From a virus (taxonomy: Duplodnaviria > Caudoviricetes): a DNA stretch of 43,136 nucleotides. Of the stretch, positions 28,980 through 37,589 are shown piece by piece (positions within the stretch are counted from its first letter, which is position 1; each line of letters opens with the position of its first letter). The notes under the pieces were generated by a model. That model ran no database searches. It saw only the letters and a list, made by a program, of their open reading frames with translations, and had not been told where the DNA came from. The DNA lies in IMG/VR virus record IMGVR_UViG_3300029286_003722, positions 1 to 43,136 of that record; one strand, given 5' to 3'. Both the position numbers and the translations under genes were made by a program.

Positions 28980-29752
28980 CAGTTTCCCGTCTTCTCCCAT
29001 TTCGGCCAGGAGGCGATGATCTCCACAGCTCCCAGCTTGCGGAGGATCGCCTCATCGAAATACTTGTGGATCTCCCCTGGCATGAGGTTCGAAGCCAGGA
29101 TGGTCTGCAGCTCATCGTTGCTCCGGTTCGTGATGATCTCCCCCAGGACCATGGCCTCGTACTCGGTCCATGAGGAGCGGCCGATCTCATCGATCCCAAG
29201 CGCCTTGCACCTGGAATACCGCTCGATCAACCGGCTTCCACTGGGGGTGTCCTTCCGTCCGGAATTGCTTTCCTTGATCTGCCGATACAATGTGGATTCG
29301 GTCACGTATATGGCCGACAGCCCCTGCAGGACGCATCCTTTGAGACTTGCCGCCATCAGGTGCGTCTTTCCCCGATCGGTCGGTCCACACAGGATCAAGG
29401 ACCGGATCTCCCCCTGTACGAACTTGACACACCGGTCCCTCGTGGTGCGCATCGCATCTGTCTGGCAGTCAAAGCCCTTGAGGGTGCATTGCGCGAATCT
29501 GCGGGGAATGCCGATATCACCGGTCATGAGAGCCATCCGGGTTGTCTCAAAGCCTACGGTGATCTGCTGCCGGTCCTGCTCATCACGGCACGTATCGCAG
29601 GCGGTCTCCCCAATCACCTCCTCGATCCCATTGTCGATGTAGCCATAGACCCTGGATTGGTAGAGCCCATGGATCGGACAGGTCTTCGGGACGGTCCTTA
29701 GCAATCCCAGGCGGTCGATCCCCGGTGCCAGGGTCTTCAGGAAATCATTCAT
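28979..29752 (-). CDS. DnaC/IstB-like helicase loader ATPase
   Basis: CPIHG...CDTC Zn site, Walker A GPTDRGKT, Walker B GIDEIG and TILASN. Start re-assigned to ATG 29752. Confidence 0.88.
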   Translation of the reverse strand: MNDFLKTLAPGIDRLGLLRTVPKTCPIHGLYQSRVYGYIDNGIEEVIGETACDTCRDEQDRQQITVGFETTRMALMTGDIGIPRRFAQCTLKGFDCQTDAMRTTRDRCVKFVQGEIRSLILCGPTDRGKTHLMAASLKGCVLQGLSAIYVTESTLYRQIKESNSGRKDTPSGSRLIERYSRCKALGIDEIGRSSWTEYEAMVLGEIITNRSNDELQTILASNLMPGEIHKYFDEAILRKLGAVEIIASWPKWEKTGN

Positions 29753-29946
29753 ACGCCATTCCCCTTGAGATTTTTCTCCACTGCATTCCCTGAAAGTTCT
29801 GCCTCTTTCCATGCGGTTTCCATCATCTCGGTAATTTTCAACAGCTCGTTGCGGTTCCCGGCGAAGGTGTTCAAATGGTCTATCCGCCGTTTCAGGATTT
29901 CCCATGCCACATGCTCTTTCGAACGCGTTTTCTTTATTCCGCTCAT
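29749..29946 (-). CDS. Hypothetical protein (65 aa)
   Basis: Tiles with overlapping start/stop junctions between its neighbours. Confidence 0.6.
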   Translation of the reverse strand: MSGIKKTRSKEHVAWEILKRRIDHLNTFAGNRNELLKITEMMETAWKEAELSGNAVEKNLKGNGV

Positions 29947-30149
29947 AGAACATCCTTCGGCTGATCTACCTCAACATACTCCAGCCTTTCAAGCCACAGA
30001 TATCCTAGCTGCACCAGTGCTGATTTTGCCCCACCTATGGTCTTGTACAGTTTTGCTTCCGCTAGTGTTGCCACCGCCGGGTACGATTGTGTTCTCCTGG
30101 AATACTTCCCCATGTAAAGTCCGTTAGATTTGCGCCTGATTGCGACCAT
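29943..30149 (-). CDS. Hypothetical protein (68 aa)
   Basis: GGAGG RBS and ATG at 30149. Tiles the operon. Confidence 0.6.
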   Translation of the reverse strand: MVAIRRKSNGLYMGKYSRRTQSYPAVATLAEAKLYKTIGGAKSALVQLGYLWLERLEYVEVDQPKDVL

Positions 30150-30151
30150 AA

Positions 30152-31060
30152 TCACCCCTCCTTCGGTTTTGTGCCTTGCAGATACTCCTCCCACCGAGCC
30201 TCATTCCCCAGCTCCCGCTGGGAAGGTTTCTCCGATGGGAATCCCCGCGGGGAAGGACTTCCCCTATCCTGGCCTTTCGCCAACCACCGGTTCACAAACG
30301 ACGGGATATCTGTCTTGGCGTTTTTCGGATGGGCCTGGAGCCAGATCTTCATTCGCCTGAGCTCCCCCATGATGTCCAGAGCCGGGAAAGCCTCCGAGTA
30401 GTCCTTCAGCTGTTTCTCGAAGAACATACACTCAGTGCCATCACGTCTGGGAAGCGAGAAGACCGGAAGCTCGGGAGGGAGGCCGGAGTCAGACGTTTTC
30501 GGCTGCTCCGGGCTACTCTTCTCCTGCTCTTGCTCTTGTTGTTGCTCTTGTTCATGCTCCTGATAAGAATCAATGATGCCATTGCCATCACTTTCCAATG
30601 GCATTGGAATGGCATTCGAATGGCATGGACATGCCATACGGGTGGCATTGGTATTCCTTGTGAGATACCTGGCCATGCCATTGCAGTACTCTTTCACACA
30701 GGAAATGAACGCGGCATCCAGGGGACTATCCAAAAGCCGGTTGTATTCATTCGCAGCACCCTTGTAGTGCAGTTCGGTACCCAGGGAATTCCATTTCAGA
30801 AACTTGGGGATCAGCACGGCTCCGGTTTTCGCGTCATACGCTATCAGACCATCCTTTACCAGAGATGAGATCGATTTCTCGATCTTCTGCTGGGGACGGC
30901 GAAGGTCTATCGCCATATATCCAATTGGCAGACGGAAAAACCCGATGTTGTTGCAGTGCTCGCATGAGAGCAGGTAGATGTACAGCTCCCGGGCCTCTAG
31001 ATCGAGTGCCATCACCTTCTCATCGTGCCACATGTCCGCATAAATCTTCGCATACCTCAT
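30152..31060 (-). CDS. Replication initiator / replisome organiser
   Basis: N-terminal wHTH-type motif (W.DEKV..L...ARELYIYLLS..H.N.IG), central iterons with EQ-rich linker, and C-terminal EL..M..WL...P...FVNRWL domain. Upstream of the DnaC-like loader. Confidence 0.85.
   Translation of the reverse strand: MRYAKIYADMWHDEKVMALDLEARELYIYLLSCEHCNNIGFFRLPIGYMAIDLRRPQQKIEKSISSLVKDGLIAYDAKTGAVLIPKFLKWNSLGTELHYKGAANEYNRLLDSPLDAAFISCVKEYCNGMARYLTRNTNATRMACPCHSNAIPMPLESDGNGIIDSYQEHEQEQQQEQEQEKSSPEQPKTSDSGLPPELPVFSLPRRDGTECMFFEKQLKDYSEAFPALDIMGELRRMKIWLQAHPKNAKTDIPSFVNRWLAKGQDRGSPSPRGFPSEKPSQRELGNEARWEEYLQGTKPKEG
30516..30681. repeat. Putative replication origin iterons
   Basis: ATGGCAT at 30598, 30609 and 30620 (11-bp period). 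Inverted ATGCCAT at 30576, 30631 and 30675. Adjacent strand-asymmetric tract at 30516-30562. Confidence 0.7.
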
Positions 31061-31062
31061 GG

Positions 31063-31326
31063 TCAATTCTCTCCTGGTGATGGAAGCCCGCCATCGGCTT
31101 TGCCAACCTTCAGATACTTGCTGGATCCGGATCGGGACACAATGCCGAAGGAAAGCTTCCTCTCCCTCTGCCGCCTCAGCACAACATCATCAAGTGGGAC
31201 TTCCTCTATCCCGTGATCCAGCAGATGCTTGTACGTAATTCCACGGATCTCTTTGGCGTTGCGGATCTCACCGACCGGCCACTCGGTGAGCATGTCGATC
31301 ACCGCCTGCGTTATGGTGTAGCTCAT
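31063..31326 (-). CDS. Hypothetical protein (87 aa)
   Basis: Tiles the operon with overlapping start/stop. Confidence 0.6.
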   Translation of the reverse strand: MSYTITQAVIDMLTEWPVGEIRNAKEIRGITYKHLLDHGIEEVPLDDVVLRRQRERKLSFGIVSRSGSSKYLKVGKADGGLPSPGEN

Positions 31327-31703
31327 AGTCCCTTCTCCTTGCGTATCGAACGGATACTGGCCTCGTACTGCTTTTTCAGAAGACTGTAGTCCTTTCGCTC
31401 ATACATATCTTTCCTGGCCAGCACGGCAGCGACACGATCCTGGCCAATCAGCCCCACCAGGGTTCTCTCATACTCTTCCTGGCTGATGTTCCCGAAGCGG
31501 TTGCAGACCACGCACTGTGGCCAGACATTGTCATGCTCCACCTCGGTCCCCCGAAACCGTCTGGGAACCATGTGGCCACCATCGCACTGTGTCCACCGCA
31601 TGACACGGCCACAGGTGACGCACCGCACATACCCCAGATTGGACGCCTCCTGCAAGCGTCTCAGCTTGCAGAAGGCGGATATCGCTTTCTCTCTATCCGA
31701 CAT
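31323..31703 (-). CDS. ninG: NinG/Rap-like HNH recombination nuclease
   Basis: CVTCG...DGGHMVPR...NVWPQCVVCNRF motif. Confidence 0.85.
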   Translation of the reverse strand: MSDREKAISAFCKLRRLQEASNLGYVRCVTCGRVMRWTQCDGGHMVPRRFRGTEVEHDNVWPQCVVCNRFGNISQEEYERTLVGLIGQDRVAAVLARKDMYERKDYSLLKKQYEASIRSIRKEKGL

Positions 31704-31711
31704 GGTCCACC

Positions 31712-32281
31712 TCAGAACGGAATATCATCGTTGAAAGACTCAGGTCCCGGAAAATCCGCTCCTCTTGGTCCCAGTGCTGGATCGAACGCTCCATTCCGCT
31801 GTGGAGGAGGCCCAAAAGCACTGGTAAACTGTGTCTGCTGAGGCTCAGGTCTCCGCTGGACTTGACTCGGCGGTGGGTTCCGGTAGTTCTGGTTCTGGTT
31901 CGGATTCGGATTTGGATTGCCTTCCTGGGGTTCCATTCTCCTGGAGTTCGGTTCGGACAGCAGCTGGATCTGGAAAGCGGTTATCACCACCTTGCTCCGA
32001 TTCTGTCCGGATTGCTGGTCCTGCCAGGTGTCCTGCTTCAGGCGGCCCTGGATAGTGATCTGTCGGCCTTTGGTGAGATACTGCTGCAGACTCTCGGCAC
32101 TCTTCCCCCAGAACTGGATGTCGAAGAAACAGGCCTTGTCAGCGTAGGATCCATCCTGCTGCTTTGCCGATTCATTCACCGCGATGGAGAAATTGCTCAC
32201 CGCGGTCCCATTGTTTGTGTATTTCAATTCGGCATCCTTGGTAAGCCGACCGGTAAGTACCGTCACGTTCATGTCATTCAT
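31712..32281 (-). CDS. ssb: Single-stranded DNA-binding protein
   Basis: N.V.LTGRLTKDAELKYT OB-fold and C-terminal DDIPF tail. GGAGG RBS before ATG 32281. Confidence 0.97.
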   Translation of the reverse strand: MNDMNVTVLTGRLTKDAELKYTNNGTAVSNFSIAVNESAKQQDGSYADKACFFDIQFWGKSAESLQQYLTKGRQITIQGRLKQDTWQDQQSGQNRSKVVITAFQIQLLSEPNSRRMEPQEGNPNPNPNQNQNYRNPPPSQVQRRPEPQQTQFTSAFGPPPQRNGAFDPALGPRGADFPGPESFNDDIPF

Positions 32282-32729
32282 GGTTTCCTCCAATCAATGC
32301 CAGCTGTTCTCCCTCCACTGGCCGTACTTCAATCACGATCCGTGGTTTGGTTGAGTACCATTTGCCGAATGGCTCTCGATAGCTCACCACCTGGCTGTCA
32401 TCAGCCCATACCACACCCTTCAGCGCGTCCTTGATCCCCTTGACATAGTTGTCCAGATCCGGCCGTGTCGTGGGTCTCAGAGCACCCCTGAGGGCCTCAC
32501 CTGTCCGGATTTTCGACCAGGAGGCGGGAAGCCCCCGGTATACCACGATGGAGAGCGACAGCGCGCCCTCCATCGGGGAGTTCCCCTCCATCTGCTGGGA
32601 AGCGGCAAGCCTCACATATTGTTTGTAGTCCTTGGACTTTGCAGGATCATAGGCCCTTACAAATCCACTGGCGGTGGAAAAGCGTGGCCTTCCCTGAGCT
32701 ACCGGTTCTCCCATGATCACTATCTTCAT
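32274..32729 (-). CDS. rusA: RusA-family Holliday junction resolvase
   Basis: GEPVAQGRPRF, RPDLDNYVKGIKDAL and WADDSQVV motifs. Confidence 0.95.
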   Translation of the reverse strand: MKIVIMGEPVAQGRPRFSTASGFVRAYDPAKSKDYKQYVRLAASQQMEGNSPMEGALSLSIVVYRGLPASWSKIRTGEALRGALRPTTRPDLDNYVKGIKDALKGVVWADDSQVVSYREPFGKWYSTKPRIVIEVRPVEGEQLALIGGNHE

Positions 32730-33265
32730 AGTTGATCCTCCCAGCCCTGCAGGGGATCGACAACGTCCTCACCGTCAGCATCGCTCTTCCCATCGGTACC
32801 ACCGTCAATGTCCAATCTCAGCTGGGCCCTCTTGCCATCGACCACGAAAGCCCTGGCTTCCGCGATGCATCCCTCGATGGATTCATTCTCCTGATCGGTG
32901 AGCTTGCCCGGATACTGGGAGGGATCCTCGATGTCTTCCCAGAATTCCGACCCGGGATATCTGAGCTTCGGACAGACCAGCTTGTGGGCCACCAGGTTTG
33001 CGGTGTAGACTCCGCTGATGCGGTACCATCTGCCCACATCATCTTTTCCCGATTCGAGTCCGATGACATGGATCCGCTCGCTCACGCTCTCCAGTTGCAT
33101 CCGGGTGATGAAGATCAACACCAGATCGGCGAGTGCCTTGGTCAGATCCGGATGGGGCCGGTCCTCCGTCTCGATACGGAAGGATCCTTCATCGGCCTCG
33201 TAGCCGATACGCAGGTTGTTGTCGTAACGCACAAGGGTGATGTCGATTTGTTTTTCTTCTTCCAT
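32726..33265 (-). CDS. Hypothetical protein (179 aa)
   Basis: GAGG RBS. Tiles the operon. Confidence 0.65.
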   Translation of the reverse strand: MEEEKQIDITLVRYDNNLRIGYEADEGSFRIETEDRPHPDLTKALADLVLIFITRMQLESVSERIHVIGLESGKDDVGRWYRISGVYTANLVAHKLVCPKLRYPGSEFWEDIEDPSQYPGKLTDQENESIEGCIAEARAFVVDGKRAQLRLDIDGGTDGKSDADGEDVVDPLQGWEDQL

Positions 33266-33267
33266 GA

Positions 33268-33702
33268 TTATTCCTCTTTCAATATCATTCCGAGTTCGGA
33301 AGCCAATTGATGCGTTGCCTCAATGAGGATCGCGCACTCTTGTGTGGAAGAGTCAGCTTCCGATATCCCCATGACACGGCCCCAGATATCGGTCTGGACC
33401 GCGCCATCAGGTTTGTAGAGCATCGGGTATCCCATCCCCACCGCCAGGTATTTCACCTCCAGCTTGATTGAATCGAACGGCATGCCGGTATCGACTGCGA
33501 GCTGCTGGATGTGTCCATTCAGGTGGTGGGACTGTGAATTTTCCCCGGTGGTCCTGGGCTTGCGAGGGGTCTCGATAGTGATGGTCACATGTCCCCCGAA
33601 CTTTTTATCTGAGAGCGCATAGATTTCCTTGAGCTCTTCTTTTGATGTCCGGGGAGGGATCAGCGCTATTGATTCCCGCGAGCAGGTCCAGGTTGTCTTC
33701 AA
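33268..33702 (-). CDS. NinB/Orf-like recombination accessory protein
   Basis: KPRT...SQ.HHL.GHIQQLA..TG...S.A..S..E...LIE pattern recalls the NinB family. Confidence 0.5.
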   Translation of the reverse strand: MKTTWTCSRESIALIPPRTSKEELKEIYALSDKKFGGHVTITIETPRKPRTTGENSQSHHLNGHIQQLAVDTGMPFDSIKLEVKYLAVGMGYPMLYKPDGAVQTDIWGRVMGISEADSSTQECAILIEATHQLASELGMILKEE

Positions 33703-34628
33703 AATGGCAGCTCCTCATACTCAATCCCCGCAAAATCCAGCACGGACCGGACTCCCTGGAAGGCTTGCTCGGTCATGAGGAACACCAGGGTGAAGGTCCT
33801 TACCGGATTGTCATCCTTGGGAGGAACCATAATGGTGTGCGCCACACTTGGGATACTGCTGGGAGCCACAGACCTGACCATATTGCCCAGTGAAGTAGGG
33901 ATCGCTGGGATCACCGGTGCGCTCGGTTGTACCGGGGTTTCTCTCTGCTCCCGCTCCAAGCGCATCTTCTCAGCCCTGGCCTTGGCTACCTTCAGGCCGT
34001 TGAGTTTCTCCAACGCAGCTCCCAGATCACCGTTGATCCTGAAATCCTCAAGCACCTGGTCGACATATTCTCCGGCGACATTCTGTATGGTCGCCACCGA
34101 GTTGGCGCAGTTCTGCACCACCTTGGCCAGTTCTTCCTTCAGGGCCTTCGTGGCGTTCCCCGTGGCGGTCCAGTACGATTCGGCCACCCATTTGTCACTC
34201 ATATGCCATGGAGCCGAGAATAGGAAATCCTTCCCGCTTTCAGAGAGAGCAGAGGCTTCTGATTCAAGCATGGCTTTGATCAGCTTTTTGCGGTCATCCT
34301 TCACCTTTGCCTCGGCTTCCTTGATCTGTGAATCGATTTCCTGGATTGGTTTCTCCAGTATCGCAAGGAAGGATTTGACCTTCGCCTCCAACGCCTCATA
34401 CGGCATCAGGACTTTCTTCTTGGCCTTGATCTTCTCATCGTTGAGCACGGTCTGGAGCGTGCGCAGATCCGCCCGGATCTTCTTCCCCTGTGGGATATCC
34501 GTGAGCACGATTCCCTTGAAGCTCTCCGCGATAGCCATGACCTTGAACTCCAGGGTATCAAGGTTGTCCTGGATCTTCCCGTCCACCACATCTATCAACG
34601 GTACAAGTTCATTCTTCAATTCTTCCAT
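33699..34628 (-). CDS. DUF1351-like coiled-coil protein
   Basis: KKIRADL......LNDEKI..KK....PYEALEAKVK.....I..IDSQIKE pattern, typical of phage recombination modules. Confidence 0.75.
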   Translation of the reverse strand: MEELKNELVPLIDVVDGKIQDNLDTLEFKVMAIAESFKGIVLTDIPQGKKIRADLRTLQTVLNDEKIKAKKKVLMPYEALEAKVKSFLAILEKPIQEIDSQIKEAEAKVKDDRKKLIKAMLESEASALSESGKDFLFSAPWHMSDKWVAESYWTATGNATKALKEELAKVVQNCANSVATIQNVAGEYVDQVLEDFRINGDLGAALEKLNGLKVAKARAEKMRLEREQRETPVQPSAPVIPAIPTSLGNMVRSVAPSSIPSVAHTIMVPPKDDNPVRTFTLVFLMTEQAFQGVRSVLDFAGIEYEELPF

Positions 34629-34639
34629 TTGTTCACTCC

Positions 34640-35386
34640 TCAGAATGGCTGTGCCACAGTGGACACATTCTTCGCCATGGCGACGAACGGGTTGTTCTTA
34701 AGACGCCGGTCGCTCAGCCAGTAATAGACCACCACCAGGAAATTGAAGAGGTTGGTCATCCGATCGATATCCTTCTCGACAGGTTTGAATGTCGGTTCTC
34801 CCGTCTCCTTGTTCAGGTGCAGGATCGCAAGGTTCTCTATGCGTTCCTGGCCTTCCTCAAGTGCCTCGTTGTAAGCCTGGCGGTAGGCGCAGACCTGCCA
34901 CCGCATCTCATCGTAGATATCCTTGGAGGTCTTGAAATCGATCAGGTATAAATGCCCGTTGATCCTTGCGATGGCATCGAAACGCCCGGCATAGCCGTGA
35001 AGCACGGATACAACTTCACATTCTGTTTTTACCCATTCGACATGGTTCTTGTCCTCCCAGGATCGGAAGGCAAGGAAGCCTGTCCGCGCCTGGTCCGATA
35101 CCAGGATGTGCTCATAGGGTTTGCCGGTGATATAGGCCTCGATTGCCTTGTGGCACTGGGTCCCGAACCCAGCTGCCTCGACCTTCTTCACCGCATAGGC
35201 TTTGCGTGCCTGTTCAAGGATGTCCTCCCCGCGGTGGACATCGCACGGATCCTTCACCTCATCCATGTGCTCCTTGATGAAGTCAACGGCGCAGTTCGCC
35301 GCCCATCCAAGCAGGGCGGGTTTGTCGAGGATGGAGGTTATCGTGGTGACGGAGGGGTATTCCACCCCATTGAATGAATATGCCAT
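34640..35386 (-). CDS. PD-(D/E)XK exonuclease
   Basis: YPSVTTI, GTQCHKAIE, YAGRFD, LIDFKTS and QVCAY motifs. Start at ATG 35386. Confidence 0.9.
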   Translation of the reverse strand: MAYSFNGVEYPSVTTITSILDKPALLGWAANCAVDFIKEHMDEVKDPCDVHRGEDILEQARKAYAVKKVEAAGFGTQCHKAIEAYITGKPYEHILVSDQARTGFLAFRSWEDKNHVEWVKTECEVVSVLHGYAGRFDAIARINGHLYLIDFKTSKDIYDEMRWQVCAYRQAYNEALEEGQERIENLAILHLNKETGEPTFKPVEKDIDRMTNLFNFLVVVYYWLSDRRLKNNPFVAMAKNVSTVAQPF

Positions 35387-36342
35387 TATCGCGCTCCCTT
35401 GAGAGAGGCTTCGGCCCTCTCGATGACGTTCTGCGCCTGAGCCCATGTAAGGTTGGCCTCGGCAGATTTGACCAGGTACTGGCTCGCATAGCCGGTCATC
35501 TGGGTGGACAGCTCAATCAGTCTTGCTTTCTGGGTGGAGGTCATTGGTTCGTTTCCATCTTGGACATCCCCAGTCGGCACAAGATCAGGTTGTCTCTCGG
35601 GTTCTCCTGTGGACAGATTGCTCTGTGTCACAGGACTGTCCTTCAGTGTCAGGGGAGCCATGGAGGACATGAGATCAGCCCAGCCTGTGGTCTCTCCGAT
35701 CTCCACGGTCGGGGGTATGCGTCCGGTGCGGTCTTTGGAATCGAAGGATCCCCCCTGGGTTGGGGTGTACAATATCCGGGAGATCCCGTTGTCCCTTTTT
35801 TGGATTCCCAGATAGCTGATGACATCCACCATGTTGGGGATCTCATCGGAGAGTTTTGTCGCCACCTGGATGCGGTGTTCCAGTCCCTGATCCGTGGCGA
35901 TCTCAGCCACATGGGAGACGATGATGACGTTCTTTCCAGTATCCCGGAGGAATTTGATGAAGGAGCGCATCTGCTTTTTGACTTCGCCCCAACCTGCCAT
36001 GGTGAGGCCTCCATCGGAGGTGCGGAACTTGGCACCTTTGATCTCATCCGAGTCGATGAGCTTCTCCATCGCCTCCCCCAGTGGATCTAGCACGATGGTC
36101 TCATGGGTCTTCAGCATCTGCCTAAGATCAGTCTTGTCGGCTCCTGTCAGCCAGTGCGCCATGCGTACGACATCGCACTGGAATCCCCGCTCCCCCAGGT
36201 ATTTGGTCCCATTCTCAAAATCAAGGATCAGCGGAGACGGAGAAGATGCCGCGAAAGTAGTCTTGCCAACTCCGCCTTTCCCGTATACAATCATGACGAG
36301 GTTGTCCGTTGTCTTGATGTCTCCTGTGTTCTCTATGATCAT
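35386..36342 (-). CDS. Sak4-like AAA_24 single-strand annealing ATPase
   Basis: YGKGGVGKTT, LDFENG, TIVLD, IIVSH and KDRTG motifs. Adjacent to exonuclease and SSB. Confidence 0.88.
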   Translation of the reverse strand: MIIENTGDIKTTDNLVMIVYGKGGVGKTTFAASSPSPLILDFENGTKYLGERGFQCDVVRMAHWLTGADKTDLRQMLKTHETIVLDPLGEAMEKLIDSDEIKGAKFRTSDGGLTMAGWGEVKKQMRSFIKFLRDTGKNVIIVSHVAEIATDQGLEHRIQVATKLSDEIPNMVDVISYLGIQKRDNGISRILYTPTQGGSFDSKDRTGRIPPTVEIGETTGWADLMSSMAPLTLKDSPVTQSNLSTGEPERQPDLVPTGDVQDGNEPMTSTQKARLIELSTQMTGYASQYLVKSAEANLTWAQAQNVIERAEASLKGAR

Positions 36343-36710
36343 TTGGACACCTCACCACCCACCGAGTCGGATGCGTCATCATCCGGCTTGTTTTTTTTCT
36401 GGAGCGACATCTTGGGGAGTCCCGGTCCTGGCAAAGATCCGATCCACCATTGGTAGTATTCATCCCGGCTCTTAATCGCTTCCCTCAACTGGGATTCCAA
36501 ACTACAGACCTCATAAGCTTTCGCTTCGAAGTCCCCAGTTAGTTTCTCTTTTTCCTCCTCAAGATCCTCAATGCGCATGCGGGCCTCATTGAGCTCATCG
36601 CGGATCTCCAGCTCCCTGTCGGACATCTCCTGCTTAGCCTGCAGGATGACGCCCATAGCCTGTCCAGCAAAATCTGCCAGCATGCTCTTCGCCAACTCGT
36701 CACTCTTCAT
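36339..36710 (-). CDS. Hypothetical coiled-coil protein (123 aa)
   Basis: AAGGAGG RBS before ATG 36710. The longer ORF-track start runs through a tRNA-like element. Confidence 0.7.
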   Translation of the reverse strand: MKSDELAKSMLADFAGQAMGVILQAKQEMSDRELEIRDELNEARMRIEDLEEEKEKLTGDFEAKAYEVCSLESQLREAIKSRDEYYQWWIGSLPGPGLPKMSLQKKNKPDDDASDSVGGEVSK

Positions 36711-36747
36711 GGTGACCTCCTTGAAATTGTTTTCCGTTTTACGGGTA

Positions 36748-36832
36748 TGGGACCGAAACCGAATCGAACGCATGTTCTTCCAGATCTCTTTGACTACCGA
36801 TCTGGACGTGCTAGCCATTGCACCACGGTCCC
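36748..36832 (-). ncRNA. tRNA-like element C (85 nt; extended non-canonical anticodon arm)
   Basis: GGGACCG/CGGTCCC+A acceptor. D-arm GTGC-AATGGCTA-GCAC. 8-bp stem TCCAGATC/GATCTGGA with 12-nt loop. TTCGATT T-loop on an imperfect stem. Confidence 0.75.
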
Positions 36833-36839
36833 GAGAGAA

Positions 36840-37082
36840 TCACGTGTTTCCACGCAGATATTCGCTAAACCGCTGTTCCCTGAGTGCCTGGATCTGGGAA
36901 ACACCCAAGCCCCGGCGATCCTGTTTTGGGATGTGGAAGTAATAGGAGCTCTGAGAGTAGATCCTGTTTGCCAGGGCCTTCTTCTAACTCACCCCGCGGA
37001 TCCTCGGTGCAGAGGCTTTCGTCGGTACCTGGCCCCTGCTCCAATTCAAAAACATCAGCAACCTTTGGAAATTGTTCGTCAT
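36840..37082 (-). pseudogene. 80-codon ORF interrupted by an in-frame TAG at codon 33
   Basis: AAGGAG RBS, ATG at 37082, TAG at 36984-36986. The frame stays open to TGA 36840-36842, ending just before the tRNA-like element. Confidence 0.5.
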
Positions 37083-37127
37083 GCCTGTTCTCCTTCTTCT
37101 CGTTTACTTGGTAACACCTGGAATCAG

Positions 37128-37490
37128 TCAAACCAGGTGTGTGCCTTCCACGTTCCTGGCCTCTCTATCAAGAGTCCGCTTCCGCAGCCACATCACAGCC
37201 TCCTCGAGTTTGGTGAGAGCAAGGGCATTCTCACGACAGGCGTAAGGACTGTTCTGGAACTGCTGGAGTCGGGTGATCACCATGAGCAATAGGTCCTCAT
37301 TGGCAACACCGTTCACGCCACATTCTTTGATGGGACCCTTCTGGAACTTCACAACTTGCGTAAAGGCAACCTCTGTGGTTGGGATCTCCACAGGCTGTAC
37401 GGTAAACGTGTTGTATGCATTGAAATCGAAATCGTCTCCGGAAACCTCTGTATACTTGCTCGTGAACAGCGCATTCTTGATTTTTTCCAT
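37128..37490 (-). CDS. tad1: Tad1-family (Thoeris anti-defence) nucleotide-signal sponge
   Basis: KFQKGPIKECGVNGV.NEDLL..V..RL..FQ.SPYACRENALALTKLEEA.MWL.KRT.DRE.RNVEGT matches the conserved Tad1 core as I recall it. Confidence 0.85.
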   Translation of the reverse strand: MEKIKNALFTSKYTEVSGDDFDFNAYNTFTVQPVEIPTTEVAFTQVVKFQKGPIKECGVNGVANEDLLLMVITRLQQFQNSPYACRENALALTKLEEAVMWLRKRTLDREARNVEGTHLV

Positions 37491-37516
37491 ACATTATCCT
37501 TTGCCCTTTGGCTGAT

Positions 37517-37589
37517 TGGGACTGGCAGGAATCGAACCTGCACTCTGGTGGTTGTCCAGTCACGCGACTACCAATTCCGCCACAGTCCC
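37517..37589 (-). ncRNA. tRNA-like element B (73 nt; no canonical anticodon arm)
   Basis: GGGACTG/CAGTCCC+A acceptor. Leu-like D-arm GCGGAATTGGTAGTCGC. Perfect T-arm GCAGG-TTCGATT-CCTGC. Central arm is only CTGG-ACAACCA-CCAG and out of register. Confidence 0.8.

Noticed and set aside
29753-29953. N-terminal extension of the DnaC-like ORF
   Set aside because: It overlaps the 65-aa gene at 29749-29946. The ATG at 29752 couples to that gene's stop.
36984-36986. Genome-wide TAG recoding
   Set aside because: TAG is the normal stop of several clear genes (ending at 1, 16190, 22253, 22883 and 38722), and other genes are not fragmented.
36865-37131. 88-aa ORF from the track
   Set aside because: No RBS. 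The AAGGAG in this interval points to ATG 37082 in another frame.
36748-37589. Canonical tRNA genes or a tRNA-derived attachment site
   Set aside because: No valid 5-bp stem/7-nt loop anticodon arm with U33. The elements lie mid-operon with no integrase nearby. Recorded as tRNA-like ncRNAs instead.
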